From NCBI GenBank assembly GCA_964016885.1, contig OZ024741.1, positions 72,292,001 to 72,356,000 on the forward strand: a stretch of 64,000 nt of DNA, written 5' to 3'. The DNA is from Eledone cirrhosa. Taxonomy: Eukaryota. The number at the start of each line of letters is the position of its first letter. Within the stretch, counting starts at the first letter, position 1. The position numbers and the translations under genes are program-made. This document shows, piece after piece, positions 49,494 through 63,700 of the stretch. The notes beneath the pieces were generated by a model. That model was not told the DNA's origin. It saw nothing but the letters and a program-made list of their open reading frames with translations, and did no database searches.

Positions 49494-52345
49494 TATCTCT
49501 TTCTCTTAATTTTGAGTATATTTTTTTGACCGGCCACCTTCCTGGTGGCAAGGTTGTAAATGAAAAGAAATTGTCATCCCTTGAATCGCAAGAATGTTTT
49601 GCAAATTTTGAAGGTGCCAGCTATCGCAGCCATCTGCAGACTATGAATTAGGGAGCTGCGCTTTTTGTCCGCAAATCCAAGTTCAGTCATACTTTGGTCC
49701 AAGCGGGTTGGTATATAACCCGTAGCTCCAATAATGATGGGTATGAAGCTAAAGGTGTATCTTGGATACTGGATTTGTAAACTCCTCATCAATGGTCCGT
49801 AGATGTCCTCCTTCTCCTGTATTTTTCTGACAACGTTTGCATCAAGTGGGCAGCTGATCTCCACAACAGAACACGTTTTCAATATGTGGTCCCAAACAAC
49901 AATATCAAGCCGGTTGTGCTTTAATTTGGTGGCAGTTTTTATTTTCAGGTTCCACCAGTATTCCTTAGTGCCATCTGTCTCAATATATTCTTCCTCGTTT
50001 GTTGTTAATTTTGTTTTCCGAAGTACGTTCCAGATGGTTCTAGCTATCCCATCGTGTCTCATGGGGAGGTAGTAGCGAGATGACATTCTTTCGCAGCTGG
50101 CAACAATGTGGCTTACATCCTCAATCTTTGTTTTACATAGCCTACATTTATTGTCAGCTGCTGGCCCTCCTCTTTTGTGCAGCAGATATTTGGTAGGGAG
50201 TTCTTGTTACTGTATTGCATAGAGATATCCCTCAAGGTGTGATGTCATAAACTTGTCGGAACTCAATGCCAGGCCTTTTGAGTGGTTTATCCCCTCTATG
50301 GTCTGTGTTTTACGCCTCAAGTATCCATGCACAACTTTTTCTGTAAATTGGTCAATTTTTTAATCTTGTTTGAACATTGAATAGGATCTTCCGATTTCTC
50401 TGGGTGAGAGATTTCTATCAGGCTTTATTCCATATCTCTCCTCCAGATCAGTCGCTATTCTAATGATATTTTTTTTTTCATGCTCATAAACCTGGGCAAG
50501 ATGGTTGCCAACCTTTTTCCTCTGTTGAAAGTGTTGCTTCAGTGTTACTATCCGGGTCTCATATGTTGTTCATATTGATTTTAGACCCCGGCCACCTTCC
50601 TTGCGTGAGAAGTATAGCCTATCCACATCACCATTGATGTTAAAGTTCCCAGTAACACTGAGAAGTTTTCGAGTTCTAACATCCATCTCAATTAGTTCTT
50701 GCAATGACCAGTTCAGCAGGCCAAATGTTGGCGTTAGAATTGGCACAGCATAAGTATTGTGGGCAATGTATTTTTTGTACGCTGACAATTCTGATGACCA
50801 TATTTTCTTTACTCTTCTGAGGTATTCAGTTCTGGTTCTCTCCTTATTTATGGGTCCATCATATCTGACATTCTCATCCTGTCCAAGATATCTGTAGTTG
50901 TCACCTGACTGTAGAGGTTGTATTGTCAGGCCGTTCATCTCTAGATTTCTAGAGGAGGGCACAGCTCTTCCACGTTTTACTGCCAAATATGCACACTTGG
51001 ACTCACCAAATTTCATTTTGATGTCGGTTGAAAATTGTGTAATGAGGTCCAATTGTTTCTTGATGTCATTGATATTTGGCCCATACAACTTCAGGTCGTC
51101 AACAAAGAAAATATGGGAGATACTTCTGGGCCCACTTCTTTGTCCACCTTGTTTCCTGAGTAGGTAAGATAGTGGATTCAGTGAGAGAACGAAGAGTAGC
51201 ACTGACAAGCTATTACCCTGAAAGATGCTCTTCTGGTAATGTATCTTATCAGTCTTAACTTGCTCCTTCTCACCTCTAAGGATCAAATTGGTGTACCAGT
51301 TCTTGGTCAGGCGTTCAACAGCAGCTACCAATGGTTGTGGGACTTTAGCTAACTGTAAAGCCTTAATAATCCACTCATGAGGTACACTATCAAATGCTTT
51401 TTGATAGTCCAGCCACACCACAGTCATGTTTCTGCGATTCTTTGTTGTTTTTTCCTGAATCATTTTGTTAGTTAGTAGGTGATCTATGCAACCCCACACC
51501 TCTCTCTTTCCACCAGCTTGCTCAGGTGTTATGATGTTGTTGGTAGCACAGTGATCCTGTAAGAACAGGTTAAGGCACCCAGTATATAATTTATACATGA
51601 TGTTTTGGGCGGTAATTTTTAGCAAGGGTGGTTTGGCTATTTTGGGGAATGAGGAGAGTAGTGGCAGTTGATAACCATCTGGGCAGTTCTTGTGTGCCTT
51701 TAATGGTTTCTGTAAACAGCCGTATGAGATCTTGCCGATAGAAAGTGAAATTCTTCAACCAGTATCCTGTAATGAGGTCTGGGCCTGGCGATTTCCTATT
51801 CGACATTTTCTGTAGAGCTGTTTCCAGTATTGATCCATCTATGTCATATTGTTTTGTCTGGACATGTTGGCAGTAGTCCTGTTCCAGTTCTTTTAGCCAA
51901 TTAGTTTGTCTGTTGAATCCGTCATCCGTTTCCCATACAGATCTCCAGTAGCTCTCAACCTGTTCTTTTGAAGGGGTGTCGTTTACAGGGATTGAGCTTT
52001 TGCCACCGAAGCTGCGATAAACTGATTTAGGATCTCTGGCAAACAATCTATTTAGCACTTGTCGTTTATATGCTGTTGACTTATATTTTAGTCTTTCTGT
52101 TGTAGCTGTGAGTTGTTGTTTCAACTGGTGTAATTTGGAGTTCAAAGTTTTAAATTTTGTATCTCCAAATCGTCTCTCTAACCTTTTTTTAGGTCTTCCT
52201 GGTGTCGTGTGAAGTTGCTCTCTATGTTGCATTTCATAACGACTGCGATGTGTGAGATACTTCGTCTCAGGGACAACATTTTGCTTTTTAAATTTCGCAT
52301 CCACGCTGGTTCAGGCTTTCTGTTTGTATCTTGATTGCGTGGTTT
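49494..52345 (-). mobile_element. R4/Dong-like non-LTR retrotransposon (RT, CCHC, RLE), 5'-truncated and decayed, inserted in (ACAT)n
   Basis: KSPGPD, NYRP, WLDYQKAFDSVPH, IFQGNSLS and FFVDDLKLY (RT); CRLCKTKIEDVSHIVASC (~50090-50148); RHD, RLDIVVW..VEISCP (RLE). Flanked on both sides by (TATG)n. Confidence 0.9.
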
Positions 52346-52804
52346 TAGATGTGTGTATGTATGTATGTATGTATGTATGTATGTATGTATGTATGTATGT
52401 ATGTATGTATGTATGTATGTATGTATGTATGTATGTATGTATGTATGTAGATCTCATACATTTGCACGGGTGCAGCATAAACGTGAGTATATATTCACAC
52501 AATTACAGCTTGAAATATACAAGTAAGTGGAGCTGTTGGGTGGTATGGTGAAAGTTTTCGTTGTCGATGGTTTATCTGTTAATATCTACATCTTCTACAC
52601 TCCTACGTCTGATGCATGCACGTAGATGGAATACGAGCATACGTCTCGAGAGATACAGCTTGAAATACCGGAGTATAGATTCACTGGCTTGTAAAAAACA
52701 CACACATATACACTCACATGCACGTACGTATAGGGTAATATTTATTAAAGTTATATTCGATATATGTACACATTATATAATATAATTTTTATCTATCTTC
52801 TCAC

Positions 52805-52921
<117 letters not shown>

Positions 52922-53324
52922 CAATATGTTGAAAAGGTAACACACTACAGAGAGATACAGTGCGCTATCAATAAAACAGGGAAAAACCACCAGTGTATGG
53001 AATCTATAACCTATGAAAGACTGAGTATAGACACGATAATTAAAAATATAAATTAAAGCGTAAATAAATACCTCTATAACTATATAACGCACGTACAAAT
53101 CCAAAGTGATCTGTTTCGCCAGTAAGTTGTTGACAGAAATAAAATAACCCAGGTTCATCAGCGTGTGTAAGGCTATACATTTCAGACAACACTAAGAGAA
53201 TTTTTAAAGCGACCAACATATTGTATTTTAAAGAGCTCAGGATTTCCTCTCCTTTGGGCACATTATTTACAGAGAACGGCGAGAGTCTATGGCTCCGTTA
53301 ATGTATCGTGATATATATATATAT

Positions 53325-53712
<388 letters not shown>

Positions 53713-53728
<16 letters not shown>

Positions 53729-55000
53729 GGTTCCAGGACTGATGTCACAAAAGATTTATTTCAAACCCAAACTTCACATTAAGAGTTATCGCCTTCAAAG
53801 TAATCCCCCTGGAGTCTAATGCACTTTTCCATCCTTTTCTGCCACGCTTGCATGCACTCCTGGAAGGATTCTTCCGGGATCCTCCGCAGTTCCGTCGTCA
53901 CGGCCTTTTTGATGTCGTCCACGTCTTCAAAACGGGTCCCCTTGATGACCCCCTTGAGCTTGGGGAATAGGAAAAAAATCACACGGAGCCAGGTCGGGGG
54001 AGTAGGGAGGTTGCTCCAGCACGGCGATGTTCTTCTCGACCAGGAACTGTCGGATGTTCAGGGCATTGTGAGCAGACGCGTTGTCATGAAGCAGCCACGT
54101 GTTGTTCTGCCTCAACTCTCGCCTCTTCGCACGCACTGAACGAAGCAAACGCTGCAGCATCTCTTTGTAGACATGTTGGTTGATCGTCTGGCCCTGTGGC
54201 AAGAACTCGCAGTGGACGATCCCCCTCACAACGAAGAATGTGATCAACATGACCTTCAATTTGGACTTCGACTGTCGTGCTTTCTTCGGCCTTGGCGACG
54301 ATGGACTTTTCCACTGAAGGCTCTGGCCTTTGGTTTCCGGGTCGTACTCGAAGATCCATGACTCATCACCGGTGATGACTGTCCCTAGTAAGTCTGGTTC
54401 GGTTTCAAGACGCTTGAGGCTGTCCTGCCAGACTTGCATGCGTCGACCCTTCTGTTCATCGTTCAGCAGTTTTGGCACCATCTTCGCGCAGACTTTCCGC
54501 ATGTCCAAATCTTCAGTGAGAATCTTCCAGACGCTGTCCCGATTCAGGCCCAGCTCATTTGCCATCAGTCGAACAGTCAGCCAACGATCGCTACACACCA
54601 TCTGCCTGACGCGCTCAACGTTGATCTCAGTCCTGGTTGTTGAGGGCCTTCCGCTCCTGGGGTCATCTTCCACGTCCTCGCGTCCTTCTTTAAACCTCTT
54701 GCACCACTCAAAAACACGTGAGCGTGACATCGTCTCATCTCCATACACTTGCTGCAGCAATCCCACTGCTTCTGATGGAGTTTTCCCCAACCGTACCAGA
54801 AACTTCAAGTTTGTTCGTTGCTCTGTGCTCATTGCTTGACGACCTGAAACAGAGGACATGTATATAGAATTATGAAGAAAAAAGTTTGATCGCTTCAGAG
54901 AGCTAAGATTACAATTACCTACTCCAGGGGGATTACTTTGAAGGAGAAAACTCTTATTGTGAAGTTTGGGTTTGAAATAAATCTTTTGTGACACACCTCG
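53713..55000 (-). mobile_element. Mariner transposon with ~100-bp TIRs and TA target duplication
   Basis: TA|CGAGGTG...CACCTCG|TA. The TIRs share TGTCACAAAAGATTTATTTCAAACCCAAACTTCACA..CTTCAAAGTAATCCCCCTGGAGT; the right TIR has a ~21-nt deletion. Confidence 0.95.
53779..54832 (-). pseudogene. Mariner DD34D transposase, frameshifted near 53975
   Basis: Start MSTEQRTNLKF; DDPRSGRP; TGDESW; HDNA-(34)-YSPDLAPCDF. The C-terminus FPKLK...GDYFEGDNS lies in another frame. Confidence 0.95.
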
Positions 55001-55007
55001 TATATGT

Positions 55008-55560
55008 ATATTAATTTAAGTAAAAAACCGAAAGTTATTTTATTAACTCGCATGTTCGTTTCAATTTTAACGAAATATAATTACGAAAATATTGAAATAA
55101 TAATTTACAGATTAATTAATTAACCTAACAAATCAATAAAACAGTTGCAATCACATAAAAAAGTCTCACCAGGAAATCGATATAAGATTTGGAGAATGCA
55201 TGCCCCAAAAATTTCCAAGCCATGGTCAATAAATTATAGTTATTAAAAAGTCTTTTTATATAAAAGAAACATATGCAAAACAGTTGATTGTATGGGCGAA
55301 GGAAAACGTTAGTTTTTTTTAAAGTATCATACAATTAGATTAAAGCCATAAAAAGTCCAATATAAGGCATAAGTCCTCCAAGCTGTAATATAGTTTAAGC
55401 GCAAATATATTTTTTAATTACTAAATGCTATTATTTTCTGGTTTAATCTTATTAAAAAATATTACGTTATTTTGAAAACATAACGTTTGACAGCGGTATT
55501 CAGCCAAAATTGAAACGAACGTAGAATTTAATAAAATAGTTTTTTACTTCAATTAATATT
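55008..55560. mobile_element. Possible decayed MITE; adjacent ~85-bp direct repeats at 55577-55660 and 55898-55980
   Basis: GTTCGTTTCAATTTT (~55054-55068) and AAAATTGAAACGAAC (~55506-55520) form an inverted pair. Confidence 0.4.
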
Positions 55561-56240
55561 ATTATGTTCTGATTATTTTAATTAAACATACGGTATATTG
55601 CCAAATATACTATACATACATTCATGTATACATCACTATTTCAGAGCAACAATACTAATACCTAATTTTTGCTGGACCGGCAATCGCTCTGTTTAATCAG
55701 CTCCTGGTTATTACTGGAATTCTATAAGAATCCAGCTTCTATAATTTTCGGCAAAGGCAGCGGAGTGTGTGGTCTTGATAAACGCTAACAAGCGAGAAAC
55801 AGACTGTCTGTCGATCACTCTCTGTTGTTTTTGCCGAGAATGAGTAAATGAGATAGTCACTACTTTAAAACTCATAGCGAATGGTCTTCAAAATGCTTTT
55901 AATTAAACATACAGTATTTGCCAAATATACTATACATGCATTCATGTATACATCGCTAGTTCAGAGCACCAATACTAATATATATGTACACACACACACA
56001 CACGTTGTCCACACGTCACCAAACATCTATTGCATAACTACAAGGCTCCGGACTGATTCTTTGTAATTTTATTTTTTATTTCTTTTTATTTTATTTTCAA
56101 CCTAAAAACTTTCCGGACTTTCGCAGTTATCTCCCTTACACCCCCCGCACGCAGTCTAGTATTGCCTGTGTGAAGTGACCGAGTTTCTGCGCATGCGCGT
56201 TCGTACGGTTGTCTTTCCTGTTCCTATAACCATACACATC

Positions 56241-56280
56241 CCGAGCTGAAGATCCGCGAAGGTGAAACAATTGTTCTCGG
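56241..56280 (+). ncRNA. Minimal hammerhead ribozyme in the 5' pLTR
   Basis: CCGAG-CTGAAGA-TCCGCGAAGGT-GAAA-CAATTG-TT-CTCGG. Confidence 0.85.
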
Positions 56281-56533
56281 TATGGTGAACTAACTATTGT
56301 GTAACCATTTCTACCTAACTCGTCCCTTGGACTGAGTGCTCTACCACTACGGATATTACCTTCCAGTGTTCCACCACTATTTACGTCTCCAGCAGCGGTC
56401 AGCAGATTCTTCTCACTACGTAGAAGTTTGGCTTTTAGCAGATTCTCCACCACGTGCGAGTTTGGCTTACTACCCTGAGAGCGCTCTATATATCCTCGTG
56501 TCCTACACAATTTTGCGTCTCATCAACGTCAGT

Positions 56534-58633
56534 ATGAATTTATACGAACTGAATTACTCCCTGAAGAACATTCCAACCACCTCCAACCATGTTTACCAAA
56601 AGCTCCTCCTACAAAAAGCGGAAAATGTCGTCAGATGCTTAAGATGGCGAGCCCTAGCTTTCGACAGCAAAGTTACAGGCACCAACAACACCTTCAACCT
56701 GAAATCGAGAGCCTACCCTCCTAAGGTAACCGAACTTGCTCTTTTCGAGACGGACCTTCTTGACTTAGTCGCTAACATTTCCTTCCGCAAACACACTAAC
56801 ACCTTTCAAACGAAACTCAGAAACGATATTAAGAAATTTAGGTCTTCTAATAATACCTTCGTCCTTTCCGACAAAACTAATAATATTTACGAAGTCGACA
56901 ACACCACTTTCCGCCACCTGGCCCATAACGCTATTACTTCTAAATATAAGAAAGCTAACTCTATGGCCTACCACGACATTAATACAGAAGCCAAGGAACT
57001 CGCCACCGACCTTAAGGTAGATAAGAAGCTACAATCTCTAGCTAAGCGGGAGGCGTTCCTCACCCTAAAAGATCACAAGGTAGACTTTACTTCTAACCCC
57101 ACATGTAGACTAATAAACCCGGCACGCACAGATATGGGACTAGTCAGTAAGGCCATACTTAGAAACATAGTTAAGACCATTAGGACCAATTCCAACCTGC
57201 CCCAGTGGGAGAACAGCGACTCCGTAATTAAGTGGTTTAACTCCTTAAAATCCCAAAAAGCGAAGTTTGACACTGTTTGTTTTTACCCGTCGATCTCAGA
57301 GACCCTGTTAAACAAAGCGTTGGACTTCGCTACCACTTATACCACCGTCGATGGTTTAGACAGGGAAATCATCGCTCACTGCCGGAAAACCCTCCTCTTC
57401 AACGACGGAGTAGCCTTGGCAAAGAAGTCTACATCTTCAGACCTGTTCGACGTCTCCATGGGATCGTTTGACAGTGCTGACGTATGTGACTTGATTGGCC
57501 TTTTTATCTTAGACATATTACGTGTTAGATTCCCGGACTTCCACACGGGAATATACCGTGACGATGGACTGACTTTATCGAGCCATAAAAGTGGTCACGA
57601 CCTCGACCGGTTTAAAAAAGACTTAGCTTCTACCTTCAATGAGTTAGGACTTAGGATAACAGTAGCCACCAACCTCTCTAGCGTAGATTTCTTAGACATT
57701 AATTTAGACCTTCGCACCCACACCCACAGACCCTTCCATAAGCTAAACGAGAAACTCAATTACATTCACAAGGACTCATGCCACCCTCCCACTGTTTTTA
57801 GAAACTTCGTTAAGAATATCAGTACTAGAATCTCAAACCCCTCCTCTAATAAGGCTATCTTTGACAGGGCGGCACCCTACTATAACACGGCGTTGGCTAA
57901 CAGCGGCTTCTCACAACCTATCACCTACTCTCCCACTAGCGACAACACCATTAAGAAAAGTAAGCGCATCAATAGACAAACTATCTGGTTCTCTCCTCCC
58001 TTCTCACTCAATGTTAAAACCAATGTAGGAAAAAAATGTCTATCCCTCTTAGATAGACACTTCCCCATAGGTCATAAATACCGCTCCAACTTTAACCGAC
58101 ACAAAGTTAAACTAGGATACTCCTGCACTAAGAACATAAAGGCCCACATCACCAGAAGCCCTAGGAGCAAAACCCCACCAGGGTGCTCTTGCCCTAAGCC
58201 TGAAGCTTGCCCCCTTCAACAGCAATGTAACACACCAGCTGTAATCTATGAAGCTGTGATCACTTCCAACCGACCAAACGAACCACAGGAGGTCAAATCC
58301 TATGTGGGCATGGCGGAGGGCCGATTCAAAGAGCGTTTCCTGAACAACCAGTCTACCTTCAGATACCCGGACAGACGTTCATCCACGAAACTCGCGAGCC
58401 ACGTATGGTCCCTCAAGGACTCAAGTATAGGCTACTCCATTCAATGGAAAGCCATCACTAAGACCAAGCCATACGCAAGGGGAAATCCGACGTGTGGCTT
58501 ATGAATCGACGAACGAATAACTATCCTAAAGAGATTACGCAATATTGATTGCCTAAACACGAGAAGTGAATTTTTCACACGTTGTCCACACGTCACCAAA
58601 CATCTATTACATAACTACAAGGCTCCGGACTGA
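56534..58633 (+). CDS. PLE RT plus GIY-YIG endonuclease with one in-frame TGA (58502-58504)
   Basis: NYSLKNIP N-terminus; SDKT, RLINP, FYPSI, SMGSFD and GIYRDDGL; CSC..C PL..C; VIY...YVG..F KERF. The frame continues past the TGA as IDERITILK..LNTRSEFFTRCPH..APD*. Confidence 0.85.
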
Positions 58634-58817
58634 TTCTTTGTAATTTTATTTTTAATTTCTTTTAATTTTATTTTCTACCTAAAAACTTTCCGGACTTTCG
58701 CAGTTATCTCCCTTACACCTCCCGCACGCAGTCTAGTATTGCCTGTGTGAAGTGACTGAGTTTCTGCGCATGCACATTCGTACGGTTGTCCTTCCTGTTC
58801 CTATAACAATACACATC

Positions 58818-58857
58818 CCGAGCTGAAGATCCGCGAAGGTGAAACAATTGTTCTCGG
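58818..58857 (+). ncRNA. Minimal hammerhead ribozyme in the 3' pLTR
   Basis: Identical to 56241-56280. Confidence 0.85.
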
Positions 58858-59929
58858 TATGGTGAACTAACTGTTGTGTAACCACTTCTACCTAACTCGT
58901 CCCTTGGACTGAGTGCTCTAACACTACGGATATTACCTTCCAGTGTTCCACCACTATATATATATATGCATACGCATACACTCTTTCCCTCTCACCCTCA
59001 CTCTCTCTGTCACGCATTTAGTTACTTGTATCAATCAAAAGCCAAAACCTTGCATGAAAGGGAAACAGAAAATTAGATAAACCTATTGCACTGGTATGTA
59101 GGTGTTGAATTCTGGATTCAAAGTGACATTGTTAAATACTGTAATACATTCAATCTGTGACACACTGCCGTGTTTTGTCATCAACAAAAGCAAACACAAC
59201 AATACCAAAAACAAAAAAAAACAACAATGGCGACAACAACAACAACAGCAGCAGCAACAACAACAACACCAACAATAATCACTACCACACAACAACAGCA
59301 GCAGCAACAACAGATTTTTGTGCATAACCAATAATTAGTTTAATTACGAATATGCATACATATGAGGTGAAGGTTTAATGGTTAGAAATTTCAGCTCATG
59401 ATTGTAAGGTCGTGAGTTCGAGTTCTGGTAACGCACCGTGTGTTTGAACAAGACACTTTATTTCACATTGTTCCAATCCCTTACGTTGTAATGGCCAGCC
59501 TTTTCATACACTGTTTCATACCGAATCTCACTGAGAAGTACATGAAAGGTACATGTGTTTTTGGAATGCTCGGCCACTTGTAACGTAAATTCCACGTGTA
59601 GTCTGGTCCGTTGATTGAATCAACTGCGACACTCGTCGTCGGAAATCGACAAAGGTCCAGCACAAACACACACAGACACACACAAACACACACACACATA
59701 CACACACATATACACACACATGCACACATACACACGCACACACACACGCACACACACACACACATACACACACATGCAAACACCCTCCCTAAACACTTAT
59801 ACATACATATACATACTAGTGATATGTACGTGCTGTTATAGAGTGTGCTCCCGTGCTGAACCTATTATCCACGCATACATATTATTGATTTATACATTGA
59901 TTTATAAGCATATTTTTGTTTTTTGAGAG

Positions 59930-60330
59930 AGCAAAGTTGATTCCATAAAACCCAGTACTTGACTGTTGTTTTTTTTGTTTGTTTTAACTTTCGGAAAGAT
60001 GAAAGGCAAACATTTGAATTCAGAACGTGAAGAGCCAGAACAAATATCGCAGGGGTCATTTTAGCGAACGCTCAATCATTTCTGCCAATCCACCAGCCTC
60101 ACTCAGGAAGTATATTGATTTCTAATTTAGGCACAAGGCCAGCAAATTTGAGACAGACAAAGTTGATTAAATTCACCCTAGTACTCGCCTGGTACTGTAT
60201 TTTATCTAACCCTGAAAGGATGAAAGACAAAATTGACATCGGCTTGATTTGAACTCAGATCGTAAAGAGCCAGGACAATTATCACAATGACATTTTATTC
60301 GTTGCTCTACCATTTCAGCCAATCCACTAC
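59930..60330 (-). mobile_element. Two decayed tandem copies of the main SINE
   Basis: GATGAAAGGCAAA..TTTGAA.TCAGA core and B-box; TTTCTAATTTAGGCACAAGGCC tail. Confidence 0.75.
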
Positions 60331-60334
60331 TTTA

Positions 60335-60622
60335 AGTCTGTCTTAAACCATTTAAGCCTGATTAGGCTGGTGCTTATCTAGGTTCCATGGCGTGAAGCGA
60401 CTGAGAGTACAAGACCCTCCCCTGGACAGGACGCCTGTCCATCGCAGGGTTAAACTCCCAGCTATTGCTGGTACTCAATTTCAGCTGAGTATACTAGAGC
60501 AACGTGAAATGAAGTGTTTTGCTTCAGAAGACAACATACAACCCTGGAATACAGAACAGGAATCGAACCCACGACATTATGACCGTAAGTCCAACACCTT
60601 TACCACTAGGCCACACGCCTCC
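60335..60622 (-). mobile_element. tRNA-derived SINE (third family)
   Basis: Minus-strand head GGAGGCGTGTGGCCTAGTGGTAAAGG...GGGTTCGATTCC. Confidence 0.75.
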
Positions 60623-60776
60623 ACTGCTCTGGGCAGAAATATTTCTACAACTTAACACATATTTTAGGCTATTTCTACACGTAACACGACATCCGGCTAA
60701 TTCTATATTTATTTCTGAGTGGATATTATTAGATTTCAAACCAAATTATCACCAGATTATATAATGATACCACGAG

Positions 60777-63700
60777 ATGGTGATAGTGGTGATAGTGACG
60801 ATGGTGATGATGGTGGTGATAATGATGGTGATAGTGTCGATGACAGTAGTGATGATGGTGATAATGGTAATGACGGTGATGATAATGGTGGTGATGATGT
60901 TGATGACTGTGGTGATGATGTTGATGATGGTGCTAATGGAGATGATGGTGGTGATGATGGTGCTGATGGTGTTGATGACAGTGGTGATGATGGTGGTGAT
61001 GGTGCTGATGACAGTGGTGATGATGGTGGTGGTGGTGGTGTTGATGACAGTGGTGATGATGGTGGTGGTGGTGTTGATGACAGTGGTGATGATGGTGGTG
61101 GTGGTGTTGATGACAGTGGCGTTGATGGTGGTGGTGGTGCTGATGACAGTGGTGATGATGGTGGTGGTGGAGTTGATGACAGTGGTGATGATGGTGGTGG
61201 TGGTGTTGATGACAGTGGTGATGATGGTGGTGGTGGTGTTGATAACAGTGGTGATGATGGTGGTGGTGGTGGTGCTGATGACAGTGGTGATGATGGTGGT
61301 GGTGGTGTTGATGACAGTGGTGATGATGGTGGTGGTGGTGTTGATGACAGTGGTGATGATGGTGGTGATGGTGCTGATGACAGTGGTGATGATGGTGGTG
61401 GTGGTGGTGGTGTTGATGACAGTGGTGATGATGGTGGTGGTGGTGCTGATGACAGTGGTGATGATGGTGGTGATGGTGCTGATGACAGTGGTGATGATGG
61501 TGGTGGTGGTGGTGGTGTTGATGACAGTGGTGATGATGGTGGTGGTGGTGTTGATGACAGTGGTGATGATGGTGGTGATGGTGCTGATGACAGTGGTGAT
61601 GATGGTGGTGGTGGTGGTGGTGTTGATGACAGTGGTGATGATGGTGGTGGTGGTGCTGATGACAGTGGTGATGATGGTGGAGATGGTGTTGATGACAGTG
61701 GTGATGATGGTGGTGGTGGTGTTGATGACAGTGGTGATGATGGTGGTGGTGGTGGTGGTGTTGATGACAGTGGTGATGATGGTGGTGATGGTGTCTATGA
61801 CAGTGGTGATGATGATGGTGGTGGTGCTGATGACAGTGGTGATGATGGTGGTGGTGGTGGTGGTGTTGATGACAGTGGTGATGATGGTGGTGGTGGTGTT
61901 GATGACAGTGGTGATGATGGTGGTGGTGGTGCTGATGACAGTTGTGATGATGGTGGTGGTGGTGTTGATGACAGTGGTGATGATGGTGGTGGTGGTGGTG
62001 CTGATGACAGTGGTGATGATGGTGGTGGTGGTGCTGATGACAGTGGTGATGATGGTGGTGATGGTGTTGATGACAGTGATGATGATGGTGGTGGTGGTGG
62101 TGGTGTTGATGACAGTGGTGATGATGATGGTGGTGGTGCTGATGACAGTGGTGATGATGGTGGTGTTGATGACAGTGGTGATGATGGTGGTGGTGGTGTT
62201 GATGACAGTGGTGATGATGGTGGTGGTGGTGTTGATGACAGTGGTGATGATGGTGGTGGTGGTGCTGATGACAGTGGTGATGATGGTGGTGGTGGTGCTG
62301 ATGACAGTGGTGATGATGGTGGTGGTGGTGTTGATGACAGTGGTGATGATGGTGGTGGTGGTGTTGATGACAGTGGTGATGATGGTGCTGATGGTTTTGA
62401 TGACAGTGGTGATGATGGTGGTGGTGGTGCTGATGACAGTGGTGATGATGGTGGTGGTGGTGTTGATGACAGTGGTGATGATGGTGCTGATGGTTTTGAT
62501 GACAGTGGTGATGATGGTGGTGGTGGTGTTGATGACAGTGGTGATGATGGTGGTGGTGGTGTTGATGACAGTGGTGATGATTGTGGTGGTGGTGCTGATG
62601 ACAGTGGTGATGATGGTGCTGATGGTGCTGATGGTGTTGATGACAGTTGTGATGATGGTGGTGGTGGTGTTGATGACAGTGGTGATGATGGTGGTGGTGG
62701 TGTTGATGACAGTGGTGATGATGGTGGTGGTGGTGCTGATGACAGTGGTGATGATGGTGCTGATGGTGTTGATGACAGTGGTGATGATGGTGGTGGTGGT
62801 GTTGATGACAGGGTGATGATGGTGGTGGTGGTGTTGATGACAGTGGTGATGATGGTGGTGGTGGTGTTGATGACAGTGGCGATGATGGTGGTGGTGGTGG
62901 TGGTGTTGATGACAGTGGTGATGATGTTGGTGGTGGTGTTGATGACAGTGGTGATGATGGTGGTGGTGGTGGTGGTGTTGATGACAGTGGCGATAATGGT
63001 GGTGGTGGTGGTGGTGTTGATGACAGTTGTTGATGATGGTGGTGGTGGTGTTGATGACAGTGGTGATGATGGTGGTGGTGGTGTTGATGACAGTGGTGAT
63101 GATGGTGGTGGTGGTGCTGATGACAGTGGTGATGATAGTGGTAGTGGTGCTGATGACAGTGGTGATGATGGTGGTGGTGGTAGTGGTGTTGATGACAGTT
63201 GTGATGATGGTGGTGGTGGTGTTGATGACAGTGGTGATGATGGTGGTGGTGGTGTTGATGACAGTGGTGATGATGGTGGTGGTGGTGCTGATGACAGTGG
63301 TGATGATGGTGGTGGTGGTGCTGATGACAGTGGTGATGATGGTGGTGGTGGTGTTGATGACAGTGGTGATGATGGTGGTGGTGGTGGTGGTGCTGATGAC
63401 AGTGGTGATGATGGTGGTGGTGGTGTTGATGACAGTGGTGATGATGGTGGTGGTGGTATTGATGACAGTGGTGATGATGGTGGTGGTGGTGCTGATGAAA
63501 GTGGTGATGATGGTGGTGGTGGTGTTGATGACAGTGGTGATGATGGTGGTGGTGGTGGTGGTGTTGATGACAGTGGCGATGATGGTGGTGGTGGTGGTGC
63601 TGATGACAGTGGTGATGATGGTGGTGGTGGTGGTGGTGCTGATGACAGTGGTGATGATGGTGGTGGTGGTGTTGATGACAGTGGTGATGATGGTGGTGGT

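Larger units (their letters stand above)
55999..58958 (+). mobile_element. Penelope-like element with C-terminal GIY-YIG (probably Hydra-type) and two pseudo-LTRs
   Basis: Direct repeats 55999-56380 and 58577-58958. The upstream repeat begins with the 3' end of the ORF (partial tandem). Flanks are (CA)n and (TA)n. Confidence 0.93.

Noticed and set aside
58858-58915. SECIS candidate GTGAA...AA...TGAG in the pLTR
   Set aside because: Helix II does not pair convincingly.
60777-62816. 679-aa Met/Val ORF
   Set aside because: Translation of a GGT/GAT minisatellite; triplet-based units keep the frame open, and the repeat continues after a 1-nt slip.
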